From assembly GCA_012295275.1 (NCBI GenBank), contig CM022679.1, positions 9,176,001 through 9,240,000 on the forward strand: a stretch of 64,000 bases of DNA, in the 5' to 3' direction. Under the pieces are notes generated by a model. The model had not been told where the DNA came from, ran no database searches, and was given only the letters and a program-made list of their open reading frames with translations. Numbering within the stretch: the first letter of the stretch is position 1; each line of letters begins with the position of its first letter. This DNA is from Chrysomallon squamiferum. Lineage: Eukaryota > Animalia > Mollusca. The position numbers and the translations under genes were made by a program. Positions 39,093 through 51,851 of this stretch are shown here, one piece after another.

Positions 39093-42000
39093 CTATGCAT
39101 TGTGTTGTGCTGCTGGCAATGCAGACTTGTCCAGATCTGCGAAGTAGGGATGACGTAGTGCCGTTTTGCACGATATTCTTGCTGCAGGGTCGTATGTCAG
39201 AGTTTTCTGAAAAACCAAAATTTAAAAGATAAAAAAGAAAATAATTTAATAATAATAATAATAATAATAATAGTAATTGAAAGAATCACAATAATGAACT
39301 GATAATACAAAAGGTTTTTCTTGGTGGATCAAAAATTCTGCTGCAAGTCAAGTCTAGACAAAAGCTGAACTAGCACTGGAAAGGGTTGAAAGGACTCTTA
39401 AAATATTTTGGTCAAATTCTAGCAATATGTTTTTACAAAGTAACTTTAAGTTAATTATACAACAGAAAATACAATTTTATTAGATTTGCAGAAAATGATG
39501 ATGTTTTCAAAACCAACTTTGAGACAGATTTTTGTTTCTCTGTTTATTTGACATTCTGCATAACCAAACAGTATACCCAACAAAAAAAAATTTCAGGGTT
39601 CATTTTTGCTGATAAAGAGTACAAGAAAACTACATAGGGCCTTTATAAATAACTCAGTAAGTTTAAGATTGGGTATGAAGCAAAACAATTTTAAATCTTG
39701 GAACGGTAAATGACAAAAATAACACAGAAATTGAAATTTGTTCTTAAACGTGACCAACAGTATACCTGTAAAAGATCTAGTCCTACGTTGTCTAGCTGTT
39801 TGACGGCAGTGTGTAGCTGGTTTGTTTTCCAACAAGGGAAGGTTGGCTTGTAGTCAGGTAAGTTGCTAACACCTGGCCAGGTCTCTTCTGTCGGAGTTGT
39901 CAATGTTCTGAAAGGTGTCACACAGAACATTAATATCACTTTCAGATCATTTATGTTGTAAGTCCAAGTTAAATACACATTAGAAACACCAAGTTTTAAA
40001 GTATGTGATGACTCGTGCAAATTTGTTTGTGCCTTTTTAAAAATAATCTCCTCTAAAGCTTGTTTAATCCTCAAAATCTTTAACATTTACCAGTCATTTA
40101 GTAATTTATTCAGTGCTTCATACTGACTACAATATTTATGGAATTTTTTTTATATATATGCACACAAAAAATAATAATCGAGCTTTCACCTGAATATCCT
40201 AAAGAGCTGATCTATTTCGGAATCACCGTGGAAGAGTGGTCTTTTTGTAACCATCTCTGCAAAGATGCAGCCGATGCTCCACACGTCAACTGGAGTTGAG
40301 TAACGTGGTGAACCAAGCAGAATCTCGGGTGCTCTGTACCACAGTGTAACAACCTGCGACAGATGGGAAAAGTTAACACACTGCTTTTATAACTAATCAG
40401 AAACAGGCTGGTTGCAATAGAAAGGTAGACTGATACAACTAACTCTTGAAAATATAAAAAAACTAGTTAGATTTGACAGTGTGCTGACCAAAATGGCAGT
40501 GCAGGAAACCAGCACCTGCCAAAATATGACAACACGAATCAGAGAATTATTTTTTAAAAACTGTAATATAAATCACATTGCAAGTTTCCTTCTTTGATTT
40601 TTATGTTGCTAGAACAATGTCCAGTACAATATGCTTCTTGTTACAGTTATTTAATAACATGATGAAAAATGAACGAAGTAGTTTATTTATAATAAACAGA
40701 ACAAACACATTTCATCACCATAATACTTCCAAAAGAATATCAGATTATCTCTCTTGTTAAAAAAAACCAAACAGTCTCTGCAGTCTTAATTCAGTCTGAA
40801 CTGCTGCGCAAGATAAGTCAGTAACAAGAAAACAAACCTCATGAGTGTAAACTCGGACTGGAATACCAAACGCTCTGGCTAGACCGAAGTCTGCCAGTTT
40901 GATAACACCTTGATTGTCTATGAGTAGATTCTGTGGCTTGAGATCACGGTGCAGAACTCTTCGCTGGTGGCAGAAAAGAATGCCTTGCAAAATCTGGTAC
41001 GTGTAACTTTTAACCAACATTTTGTCCATAAACTTCCCCGATGGGATGGTGTCCATATAGTGCTTTAGATCCATCGAGAGAAATTCAAACACTAAATACA
41101 ATTTGCTCTCTTGCATCAAGACGTCTTCCAGGCTGGTGTAAGTGAAATAATGTGAGTCATTAATACACTTATTGTAATTATTAAAAACAAGATAATAGCT
41201 TGTACATTGTTTTATGTTACAGAATTTTGAAATGGATTATTTAACAAGGGTGACTGTACTATAGAACTAAAATACGTATGGGTTCCTTTACATTCAGTAT
41301 ATATATATATTTATTAAAAAAAAAAAAAAAAAAAAAAAAACCAAATGACATAAAATATACAAATTCTTTAACTTCACAAAGATACTTTACAAACTGAAAT
41401 CTAAGAAATCTATTTACCATACAATATTAGGATGTTGGAATTTTTTCAAAACAGAAGTCACTAATTGCTCTTGAAGGGACATATCAGTTTAAAAAATAAA
41501 CATACCACACAATGTTTGGGTGTTGGAGTTCTTTAAGAAGAGATATTTCACGGATTGCTGTCGAAGGTACACCTTCCTCTTCACTTTCCAAACGAATCTT
41601 CTTCAAAGCCACCAGTCGATTAGTCTTCTTGTGTCTCCCCTTATAAACTACACCATAAGTACCTTAACAATTCATGCAAAAAAATTCATTAAAATTAATA
41701 ATCGTAAATGTCTGATTATAGTTTAAAGTGAAATAAGTGGAAAACCAATTACAGAAGTACATTATTAAAGCCTTTATTAAAACTTATCTCATTTTACCTC
41801 TTATAAGTACCACACCATAAGTATCAGTAATAATAAATACAAAAAGAAAGAAAGAAAGAAAGAAAGAAAGTGAAAATGTATTACAGGTGTCTAATTAAAC
41901 ACTGAAATGGTTTAAGACCAATTATTAACAGTACGAAAAGTGCCACTAAAATGAAACAAATGTCTTCACAAGTGTATACTAAGCAAAAGTGAAGTTCTAG

Positions 42001-42199
42001 GAAAAATACTAAATGAGATAACAAGAGTTAAAGAGCAACATATTTTAATGATACTGAAATTATGTACATACATATATATATATATATATAATTGTTGTAA
42101 AATGTTTTAAAAAATTAAGTTTCAGTTATGTCTGAATGAAAGTTTTAAAATAAAATCATTACCTTCACCAATTTTCTCAATCTTTGTATAGTCCTCCAT
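39093..42199 (-). CDS. CDK1: Cyclin-dependent kinase 1, 302 aa
   Basis: Exons 42163-42199, 41506-41662, 40838-41132, 40190-40353, 39766-39907, 39093-39206. [91 protein letters not shown]. Confidence 0.98.
41416..41480 (-). pseudogene. Decayed duplicate of the 3' half of the CDK1 PSTAIRE exon with its donor
   Basis: Minus strand GTCCCTTCAAGAGCAATTAGTGA..TCTGTTTTGAAAAAATTCCAACATCCTAATATTGTATG|gtaaa aligns to the exon end GTACCTTCGACAGCAATCCGTGAA..CAACACCCAAACATTGTGTG|gtatg with a 2-nt deletion. Confidence 0.75.
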
Positions 42200-43299
42200 G
42201 ATTCTGTTTATATTTTATTAAACTGGAATAGTAAAAAAATTAGAATCATTTTTTGTTTTATATAATAATAACTCAATTTTTCAAAACAACACTATACACG
42301 TATGCTATAGGATTTGTAAAAGTTTAAACTTTTGTATAAGAAATTCCATATGCTTGAAAAATAATAAGACATTATGTGTATTTTTTGTTTTATAAAAATT
42401 AAATCAAAAATTCATACAAATAAAGTCAAATGTAATGTGAAAATTGTATTGCTTGGACAGAATGCTGAACAATGCACTGTTGGAGATAGGCCTTACAATA
42501 ATAACATTTGTTATCCTGACAACAGTGACAAAACTGACATGAAGGGCAGGAAATATCTGTTAAACTTTTGTTTTTAAATTTCCTAATCATCTATTTTGTT
42601 TCTCAGTTTCAAGGTGCATTGTTTTCTGAGTATTATTTTCTCTGGTGGAAATCTTTTAATTAAAATTATACTATATTTTTATCCACATCCAAAACATGCC
42701 ATCATTATGCAATCTAAATGAAAATATACAAATAATTTATTATAAAAATATTTTTAAATTTCTAAAATGTTATCTATTACTCAGTACAAAAAAAAAAATA
42801 GCTGTTCCTTTTCGTATGATTCTGCTTCTTCTTTGTAAACTTACCTTTATGATATCAAAAGGAAATGGGGTCTCGGTTTTTTTCCCCCAATTTAATTTAT
42901 CTGATTTACTGATTATTCAATGTATTGTCATTCCACAAAAGAAATTTGAAGCTGACAAACGAAATAAATTATTTTGAAATAAAAACTGAAACTATTTATT
43001 GTACTACTTCGTTTATTCTAAATCAGTTCTGATATTATCAACTTTATAACAACAACAACAAAAAACGATTTCGGATGCTGACAGTGAGACGCATACTGCT
43101 GGTACAGTAAGCGCAATGAACAATTTCAGACTCGTTCCACCTCGCTGAAACTTGACTAACTATTCGTTAATGAAAAATTATTTACTGCCTGTATTATACC
43201 AGAGTCATATAGAAAAACATAATTATTAATAAAAATGGATTATAGTTGTTCTTTTTTTCCCCTAAACTATATGTACGACAAACCTATAATCTAAAGAAC

Positions 43300-43380
43300 G
43301 TCTTCAAAGTATCTTGTTCGAAATAACCAATGTATTCCCTGTACATTCGAACCAACCAATTAGAATCGCTCTTTCAAAAA
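43300..43380 (-). promoter_or_regulatory. Putative CDK1 cell-cycle promoter: CHR-like hexamers plus two CCAAT boxes
   Basis: TTTGAA (minus) at 43303-43308 and 43373-43378; TTCGAA at 43317-43322 and 43346-43351; CCAAT at 43327 and 43356 (29 bp apart); about 1.1 kb upstream of the ATG exon, which is preceded by an acceptor at ~42223. Confidence 0.55.
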
Positions 43381-45556
43381 GAGTCCTTGTCAACAGATCA
43401 CATTCGGTAGAGGACGCCACGATCCTCATCTCGAAGTTGACGAGAAATCTCGAGATTTATAAGAAACTAATTTATTATAAATCAGTCAAGAGTTGCTTCA
43501 GATGAGATACTTGTATCGAATGCAGTCGTTCGTTCGTTCATTTATTTATTTATTTACTTATTAATTTATGAATAATATAAATGGAAAAGGAATTTTTAGA
43601 CTGTAAGAAATAGTGTATCGTATAATACATTTTTTTCTCCATTTTTCTCATAATTTAATGTTTTTAATAATAATTACTGAATATGTTTAATTCTACGCTC
43701 CCACTTCTAATTAAGAATTTGTAGCTTCATTTATGTGAGGCTCCCAGTAATATTTTCAAAAGTAAAAATTAAGAGAAAATTAAATAACATTTTACTTACC
43801 TATGAAGGGCTCTGAATTACTTCATCTTATCAAAAGACCGCAACCGGTGGTGCTGCGCAAGAGGGGGAGGGGAAAAAGAAGAAGAAAAGAAAAATATTAA
43901 TAAAGCTGCTCGATTTACTGATCCTAGGCTTGGGATTCAAACTTCAGAAAATATATTTCTAAATAAGAGAACAGTTAGCAGGCCTATTCAGCAAGATCTT
44001 TTGTGGTAGGTTCCTGCTATTTTGATAGGAAGGAAGGAAAACGTTGGGGGTGAAACTGGGATGTGCTTTTTGGCTTATTTCATACTGACATTTTGTACCA
44101 CATTACCCGAAATTCTATTTGGTACCCCATGCACAATATTAAATTAAAGGTCTTTCTTAAACATTGAAAATTTGCTTGATACTTTCACTTGTATAATTAC
44201 ACGTGAATCAGTGCTGCGTTTTCTACGGCTGTTACTAGGTATTTCAAACCGCCTGTATTAATTTCGTGGTCCGCCATGCTGCTTTGATCTAATTTTATTG
44301 ACTTTTGAACGCTTGATTTATTCTTGAATAAAAACAAAAAATGCATGAATGGAGTATTTCAAATGTTGCCTATGTGTTTATTAAACGAATGTAACGTCGT
44401 ATTATGAAACAAGAAAAGAGAATAAAATAACCATTTAATTTTAATTGTCATTCATTCACTACTTTTTACGTTCAGCAGGTTAACTCAACGATCTCCTTGC
44501 TTCATTTATGTATCCAGTATAAAACTTTTAGCGACAAGAAAGCGATAGAAAACCATGATGTAAATCTTATTTAAAGTGTCTTGACTAATTTCTGAGCAAC
44601 ATCCCCTTTTCAAAAAGATATCATCGGAAAGAGAAATATTTCATCGTTTAAAGAACAACAGTACTGAATCTTAAAGCAACTGCACGACCACCCTCCCGAT
44701 CCGAGCAGACGTCGTCACCAGAGCATGTTTCCTATCGAACCACGTGTTAAGTCGTTGATGAATTCAGTACGAAGGTTTTTGTTTGTGAGCAAAATGATAA
44801 TTCTTTTCACAAGTTGTCGATTTATATCGCTGGTTCTTCGCCAACCGAAATATTGCAATGAATTAGGCTAGTTTACTCATCTGACAGTAGACTTTAACTT
44901 TACATTCCATTAGATCGGTCATTTTGGAGTTCGCTACTATCACAAATGAAACTCACACTACAAAAACAAACCTGGTGTATCTCGATGCTGAAGAAAACTG
45001 CAATTTATTTAAAAAAAAAATAATAATAACACCCTAAATTTTAACATTTCAGGTTTTCTAATTTATCCCTTTTAATTCTATTTCATCATTCAGATCTTTT
45101 TACTCAAATTAGTTTGATCTAAAAATTATGTAGTGTAAGTAGAAGTGGAGTGATGAATTGTAACAGCTTTCTTTTTTATTTTATTAATTTTTTTTTTTTT
45201 TTTTTTTTTATAATGTAAATGGTCTAGAGCAAATTAATGATTTTACTAACTTTGGCTTTACATAACAAGAAGTATACTTTTTATATATATATATTATGAA
45301 ATACGTTTTGTCAGAGACAGTCTCTCATCAGAACGGGCCCTTAAACGTCGAGATTTGTTTCAAAATGGCAACTGTTTAAATTATATATTTTTTATAATCC
45401 ATAACTTTGGAACTATCTGATTTTTTTATCACTGAAATCCGAATAAAAAGATCTACTGTTATAGCTTGGAGTCAACCTGGTATTCCTCAAATAGAAAATA
45501 ACTTTTTACCATCCAAAAGTGGGTTATGGGGTGTTTGCCAGTATAGGGCTTGCCTA

Positions 45557-45622
<66 letters not shown>

Positions 45623-45680
45623 AAGAAGAAGAAGAAGAAGAAGAAGAAGAAGACAACAACAACAACAACAACAACAACAA
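45557..45680. repeat. Compound microsatellite (AAT)n(AAG)n(AAC)n
   Basis: Directly visible; it explains the poly-N/K/T ORFs in the track. Many other (AAT)n, (TA)n, (GT)n, (TCTA)n and (GATT)n tracts occur in introns. Confidence 0.95.
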
Positions 45681-45729
45681 AAAACAAATAAAAAATAAAT
45701 TTGATGTCCACATCTGTACATACTCATCT

Positions 45730-46300
45730 ACTGCTATCTAGTTGACATCTAGAACGGCAGCAAGTGGGACGGTTATAATACCCTAACAAAATACCTGGAA
45801 TACAAAACAGCAGGCACAAGTGCCGACTGCCTCGTGTCATTTGTACACCTCTAGGAACCGCTGGAGGTACACGAAAACACTTTCTTGAGAGCCTCCAGAA
45901 CAAAGCAACATTACATTGTCGCTGATTACGATCAGCCAGAAGGAGCAGCCAGTGCTCTGAAACTAGATGCCAGCTTCCCATCTTGGCTGGATGACACAGT
46001 AAATATAGCATAAGCATCAGCGAAAAGACCCCAGCAATGCAAGGAACTGCAAACACTTAACCAGAACTAGCTGGCAAAAAAAAGACTTCTGAAGAGGACG
46101 ACAGAGCATCCAATCTACCTGAGCTGAATGAACTTCAAGCAGAATTTCACCGTAGATCAGAAAAGACAAAGCAAATAGTCAGCTCATGCAACAATTGCTG
46201 CCGTCCAAATATCCACATTTTGCTGCGATTGCTGGCCAAATTTCTAGTAACCACAGTTTGAATGGGAAGGAAGCATCAGTGGACTTTGATATCTGAAAAG
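45730..46300 (+). mobile_element. Degenerate hAT-type transposase remnant (C-terminal dimerization region)
   Basis: GC-elevated intronless block with stops. One frame reads ...LPELNELQAEFHRR...CRPNIHILLRLLAKFLVTT*, resembling the PNI..LL....LPVTT motif that precedes ERSFS in hAT dimerization domains. Confidence 0.5.
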
Positions 46301-46663
46301 CTGTCTTAGATCAATAATTGAAAAAATATATAAATTAATAAAATAATAAAATTAAATTAAATTAAATTAAATGAATAAACCACTCCTTTCTGATTGTATT
46401 GCGTCAGACGTTATTTTTATATGGGTTTTTCCATAAAATCTATTTTTATCTTCAAACGTTGATTTATTTTTATCTGTTATTATTATTATTGATTTGATTT
46501 GATTGATTGATTGATTGATTTATTTATTTATTTATTTATTATTATTATTATTATTTTATTTATTTTATTATTATTTTTTTATTTCCGTACTTCCACGATT
46601 ACTTGTATTAACAGTATAAATTAATGAATATTTTGTATGTGATGACAAATAAATAATTCAAAC

Positions 46664-47163
46664 CAGGGCCGGTGCCAGACTATCTGGTGCCCTTGGCAAG
46701 GTCAGATTCTGGCACCCCCAGGAAAATATCACTTTCAAAATTTATAAACAATATTTTTACAACATTTATTTTCAACATCCTAAGCGATCTCTAGAGGCAA
46801 GTTTTTTTTTCTGTGACGGACATTTAAATACACAACACAGGCCATTTCTTTCCTAGTTTATACCATTAAAAACAAGGAGTTACCGCCCTTAGTTTGGTTT
46901 CCATGGCAAAACTGAAGGCTGGCCTATAAAAACACGAGAACGTAATTCCCATATCGATTTTCACTCAGTCATTTTGCTTGATCCGATTATTTTTCCCTGT
47001 TTGAATTAAACCAGGATAAAAAAAAAAAAAAAAAACAATGACCCTCAATAAAATTGAATTTGTTTATTTTTTTTATTTTTTTTTTTAAATGGTTGTTGAT
47101 TTGGAGAAATTCGCCCCCTGAAATTAGCTCCCAAGTTTCCCTAATATGCTAGTGCCGGCACTG
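46664..47163. mobile_element. 500-bp hAT-family MITE
   Basis: Imperfect TIRs CAGGGCCGGTGCCAG...CTAGTGCCGGCACTG; 8-bp TSD ATTCAAAC (46656-46663) / GTTCAAAC (47164-47171), 7/8 identical. Confidence 0.8.
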
Positions 47164-47669
47164 GTTCAAACAATTCATGTTTCCACAATTACTCCGTAAG
47201 CCATGCATGCCCCTTAGTTACGTCCCAGAAGCTGACATCCAAAATGACGGAATCGGCAGCAGACAACGTGAGTGATCTAAAAAATATTCCAAATGGTTTA
47301 AATTATTTTACGCAAAACTTCATCCACGATATAAAAATATCCGACGAAAATCAAACGAAAGTGAACGCCATATTCTGGAGTTCTGTGAGGAAAAACGACT
47401 CGGCACACACTCTGCATATTCAAGTTTGCTTGGAGACAAAACATCAGCCAGAAGCTGACTGCTCCTGTTAAGCTGGGTTAGTATATTTTGGATTTGGTAC
47501 TGCAGACCTTTATTTTGCAAAAGAAAAAGATATGACGTGTCTTAAAGCTGCATTGTCAAGACTATTTGTAATAGCAGAACATTTAAACTGTTTAAAATTC
47601 ACCTTTGGTCATATGCATCAAACATTTGTTTTGTTTTTCTTCTGTTTTTTCTGTTTTTTTACTGTGTGT

Positions 47670-47845
47670 TGGCATTGGGCCATTTCTTGTTCCAAACAGT
47701 GCACCATGACTGATATATACTACACTGTCGGTGAGATGGTACTGCTAATCAAAAATAGTAGCCCAAGAAGTGGCAACAGCGGGTTTCCTTTCTCAGTATA
47801 GTGTGGTCCTTAACCATATAACCCGGTAATCATGAAATAAAAATT
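47670..47845 (+). mobile_element. SINE-like dispersed repeat fragment (3' part)
   Basis: cattgggccatttcttgttcc...gtagcccaagaagtggcaacagcgggtttcct...gtgtggtccttaaccatat...aaataaaaat resembles, from memory, an abundant gastropod SINE; not verified. Confidence 0.55.
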
Positions 47846-49336
47846 TTTTCTTTTTTTTTTTCCCCAGTTTGACTCATATTTAGCTTTTCGTTTTAGTTAA
47901 AATCAACTGTGTGTATTATTAATTATTTGAAAACAACAGGTGTTCATGTTCATAAATGACTTTCTTTTTCAACTTCCAGGCTGAGTGGTCACTGCTCACA
48001 CATTATTGGGATCTTAAAAATCTTACAAGGATTCAAGCTGCACAGTTTAACATCAGTCTCAGAACAGCAGAGTGGTACGAGCATTCCAAAACAGTGGGGC
48101 TATCCAAGAGGGGTGAATGTAAATCCAATACCAAAGCCATGTTGTGGTAGAGACCCACAGAAGTCATAAAATGTTTGCCTATATTGTGTCCGTTGAACAC
48201 AAAGAAAACTTATATAGTGTTGATTTGTTCTTTAATACTATAGGCAGTATACCATGTATTCATTTTGAAATTTGAATACAGGAATAAGTATGTTGCAAAT
48301 TCTTTGCGTATTGTAAAGTTGCATTTTTCCGTAATAATACTCTGAAAATGTAGAGAAATAAATAATAAACAAAAACTGAATATTCATGTATATTTTAATC
48401 AGTATAATAAAACACATTAAAACTGATTATATTTTGAAGTTATAAATTAATATTTAATATTTAACTGGAAAGATTGTTGTGTTTTCGACTGCGGAAACGG
48501 TATTTGCTGGGCTCATCCAATTTGCATGTCCTCCAAGCACATGCTTCACCACTGAGCCTCTGAAAAGTTCCTTCTAATGACGTAAGTATTAACGCATGCT
48601 GAACTGCTGAACTAAACAATGATCAGTATAACGCCGCCGGCCGAAAACAAAGCAGTTTGCGTGGGTGTGGTAAATAGCGCGATGATTGGTTGAGTTCGTG
48701 ACCAGTTAACCTATTTTTAGATATGAAATGTGCGTAAATAAAATCGGGAAAAATCATTTGAAAAGTACCTGTCGTAGACGTGCTTCACAACATTTCGGTA
48801 ATTAAATTTTTTTGTAACGTTTTACAAATCGCCAGAAGTGTTTAATAATGATGAAAAGAATGGATCCCAAATGATGATTAACACTAACGTGTTCGGTGAT
48901 GATAGTGTTCAATGATCGACAAAAATAAATGAAGAAGAAAATTTGTGGGCCCATGGAATGCAGTGGTCAAAACAATTTTGCCAAGTTCAATTTAAAATTA
49001 AAATGTATTTTTAATTTTAAATACTAATTGATTTTGACTATGATATATATTTAAATTTATTTTGTATTTTTAAAATTAAAATGCTTTTATTTTAAATACT
49101 ATTGTTTTTTTAGATTTTAATTTTACGTTTTACGTTTTCAACGTAAATGGCATATATTTTTATATATATATATATATAAATATACATATATATATATATA
49201 TTAAATGAATTCAATTTATTGTTAAATTTCTCCATAAAAACTAATTATTTTCTAATATATTAAAACATATATACATTACCCACAGACATAATTTAACCTT
49301 TCTGTTTTACATTTTTACGGAAATATAAAAATAAAA

Positions 49337-49371
<35 letters not shown>

Positions 49372-49375
49372 AATA

Positions 49376-49408
<33 letters not shown>

Positions 49409-50489
49409 AATAAATAAATAAATAAAATTAATCAACGATGTAGATAAAAATAGATTTTATGGAAAAACCCATATAAAAATAACGTCTCACGCCATACAAT
49501 CAGAAAGGTTTTTATATTTATTAAATTGCTCTGCTTTCATAATTATTATATTATCTCTTTTCTAAAATAATAATGGAGAAGAAGAAAAAAAAGATTTAAA
49601 AAAAAAAAAAAATCAAATCAAATCAAATCATACAATTAAAATTAACCAAAGCGTACTATGCACTTCATCAAGTCCTATTACGTATTAGCCTAGCAATCTA
49701 TTTTCAGACATGACATCCTCCCATTTAAAAACTTTTCAAATTATTTTAATTATAAATAATTTGAAAAGTTTTGCCCACGGTCATAATTTATTTCTGTTTT
49801 GCATTTACAAATATATTAATTTTATTAATCAAAGAAGTCTATTCTTTTACGGTTCGTAAGGCAAAAAAAAATGTTTTGTTATTTTTAGCATTTTAGATGG
49901 GTTTTTCCACAAACTTAATTTTACCAACAAACATCATTCACTTGAATTCTTTTCATTTTTATTATTTATTTACTTCTTTTTTTTTTTTTCACATTTATTA
50001 TATTAAGATATAAAATACTCTTTTGTAAAATAATAGTAATAATAAATAATTTAAACAATTAACATATATATTGTATATCAATGCATATTATTACCAAGGC
50101 TATTTTTAAAATCGGGAAAATGTATAAAGTTTAACACACACACGAACGTAAATGTAATTCTTTGTAAGGAGTAAGTGAATAATTACAACAATAATAATAA
50201 TAAATGATGATGATGATGATAAATAATAAATAGATAAAATTAAATTAAAAACTATTTTTATCATTAACAAATCTTAGTTATATATATATTTTTAATATTT
50301 GCATGACAGCCAAACATTATTATTTTTATTTTTTTTTTTCCATTTTTAATCTGAGATATGTAGGCTTGCTAAACCCACTTTGTGAATATCATTCTTTTTG
50401 TTAATTTATTTTAATTAATTAATTTGTTTGTTTGTTTGTTTGTTTGTTTGTTTGTTTGTTTATTTATTTATTTATTTATTTATTTACAG

Positions 50490-51807
50490 ATGAACAAGAT
50501 GTAACAAGTTCCACAATGACGCCACCCACGACCCCACCCATGACCCTGTATGAAGGATATAAACGTATGTTTCTCAATAAACTTCATAGACAAGATTTCC
50601 ATCACTATTCACCTTTAAAAACTTCTTAACTGCTTTCAATGAATATTATGAACCTTATTCTGTGTGTCACTTACATGATAAAACTTGGGTTTACATAAAC
50701 TTTATAGAAAACATTTGTCATATTTTTTCTAGCTCTAAACAGTTAAAAATAATTAAATGAACATTTGGTTGCCATAAACAAAACTCCAGTGTTTTTAAAT
50801 GATGCATATTTACGTTGTCCTGTATGTTTAAACACTGCTGCATGCATAATATCAGAACAAAATTTCTCTCCGGTTCAAATACTATCCTTAACTCTGCACC
50901 TGACCAATAATAACAGTGGAAGTTAAATTTAATTAAAATCTTCTGCAAGGATTTGAACCATTACACCAAAAGTTTAATATACAGCTTAGTGAAAATGAAT
51001 TGATCTTGCAGCACAAGAATGGATCAAATTATGTAAATAGTGCTCAACTAGCAAACGCTATTTTCACATAAAATATTTATTTTACTAAGAACTAGACTTT
51101 ATTATATATATATTTATTGCTTATTTAAAGGGTTTGTTTTACAGAAAATCACACTAGTTGCCAGAACACTTATCATCTGCCAACTTCAGTTAATTAGAAT
51201 AGTTGTTAACTTAGCAGTGATTTTTTTTTTACTTTTTATTTTACTGCCACATACCAGATCTGCATATATATATATATAAAATGCCAAAAAATATTCTCAG
51301 TATTTGCTAATAATTTTAATTAATTAATATATCAGTATATATTAATTAAATGTATTAGTAAAGATTCAGAATTACCATTTTCATTTTTATTTAATTAATA
51401 TTTCAGCAGACCCAGTCTCACTCATCACACTGATTATAGTGTCTCTCATCTTGATTCTACTGATCTTCATAGTCATTTTTGTAATATTTAAACGAAAAAA
51501 AAAAAAAGTAAACCAACAACCAGAGAAGAAGCCTTTCCTGACACCAATTTATACACCTGTATCAACACATACAGAAGATTTGGAAAACCAGGTTTCTGGT
51601 CCACCAACATATGGTAAGACCAAGTATGAATTAATTCACCTGTAACTTACAAATATAATTTTTTTTTTTTTTTTTTTTAATTCAGTGAACTCAGATCAAA
51701 GTTATAACAAACGCAGTATTGTTTGGTGGGGTAAACCCTCAATGTATTATGATAACATACTGTTTAATTTATTTTTTTATTATTATTTTTATTTATTTAT
51801 TTATTAG

Positions 51808-51851
<44 letters not shown>

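Larger units (their letters stand above)
46385..49508. mobile_element. ~3.1-kb segment bounded by long inverted repeats (putative non-autonomous DNA element, or two inverted copies of a dispersed repeat)
   Basis: 46385-46450 cctttctgattgtattgcgtcagacgttatttttatatgggtttttccataaaatctatttttatct is the reverse complement of 49442-49508 with 2 mismatches; similarity continues inward (cgttgatt, atttccgta). No clear TSD. Confidence 0.6.

Noticed and set aside
44560-45000. GC-elevated, coding-looking block
   Set aside because: Stops in the frames examined and no recognisable motif; possibly an old repeat but not assignable.
45407-45713. Poly-N/K/T and poly-L/S/Y ORFs
   Set aside because: Microsatellite translations.
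47956-48150. Possible exon (AEWSLLTHYWDLKNLTRIQ...) after a good acceptor
   Set aside because: No recognisable homology, and it could not be linked in phase to neighbouring exons.
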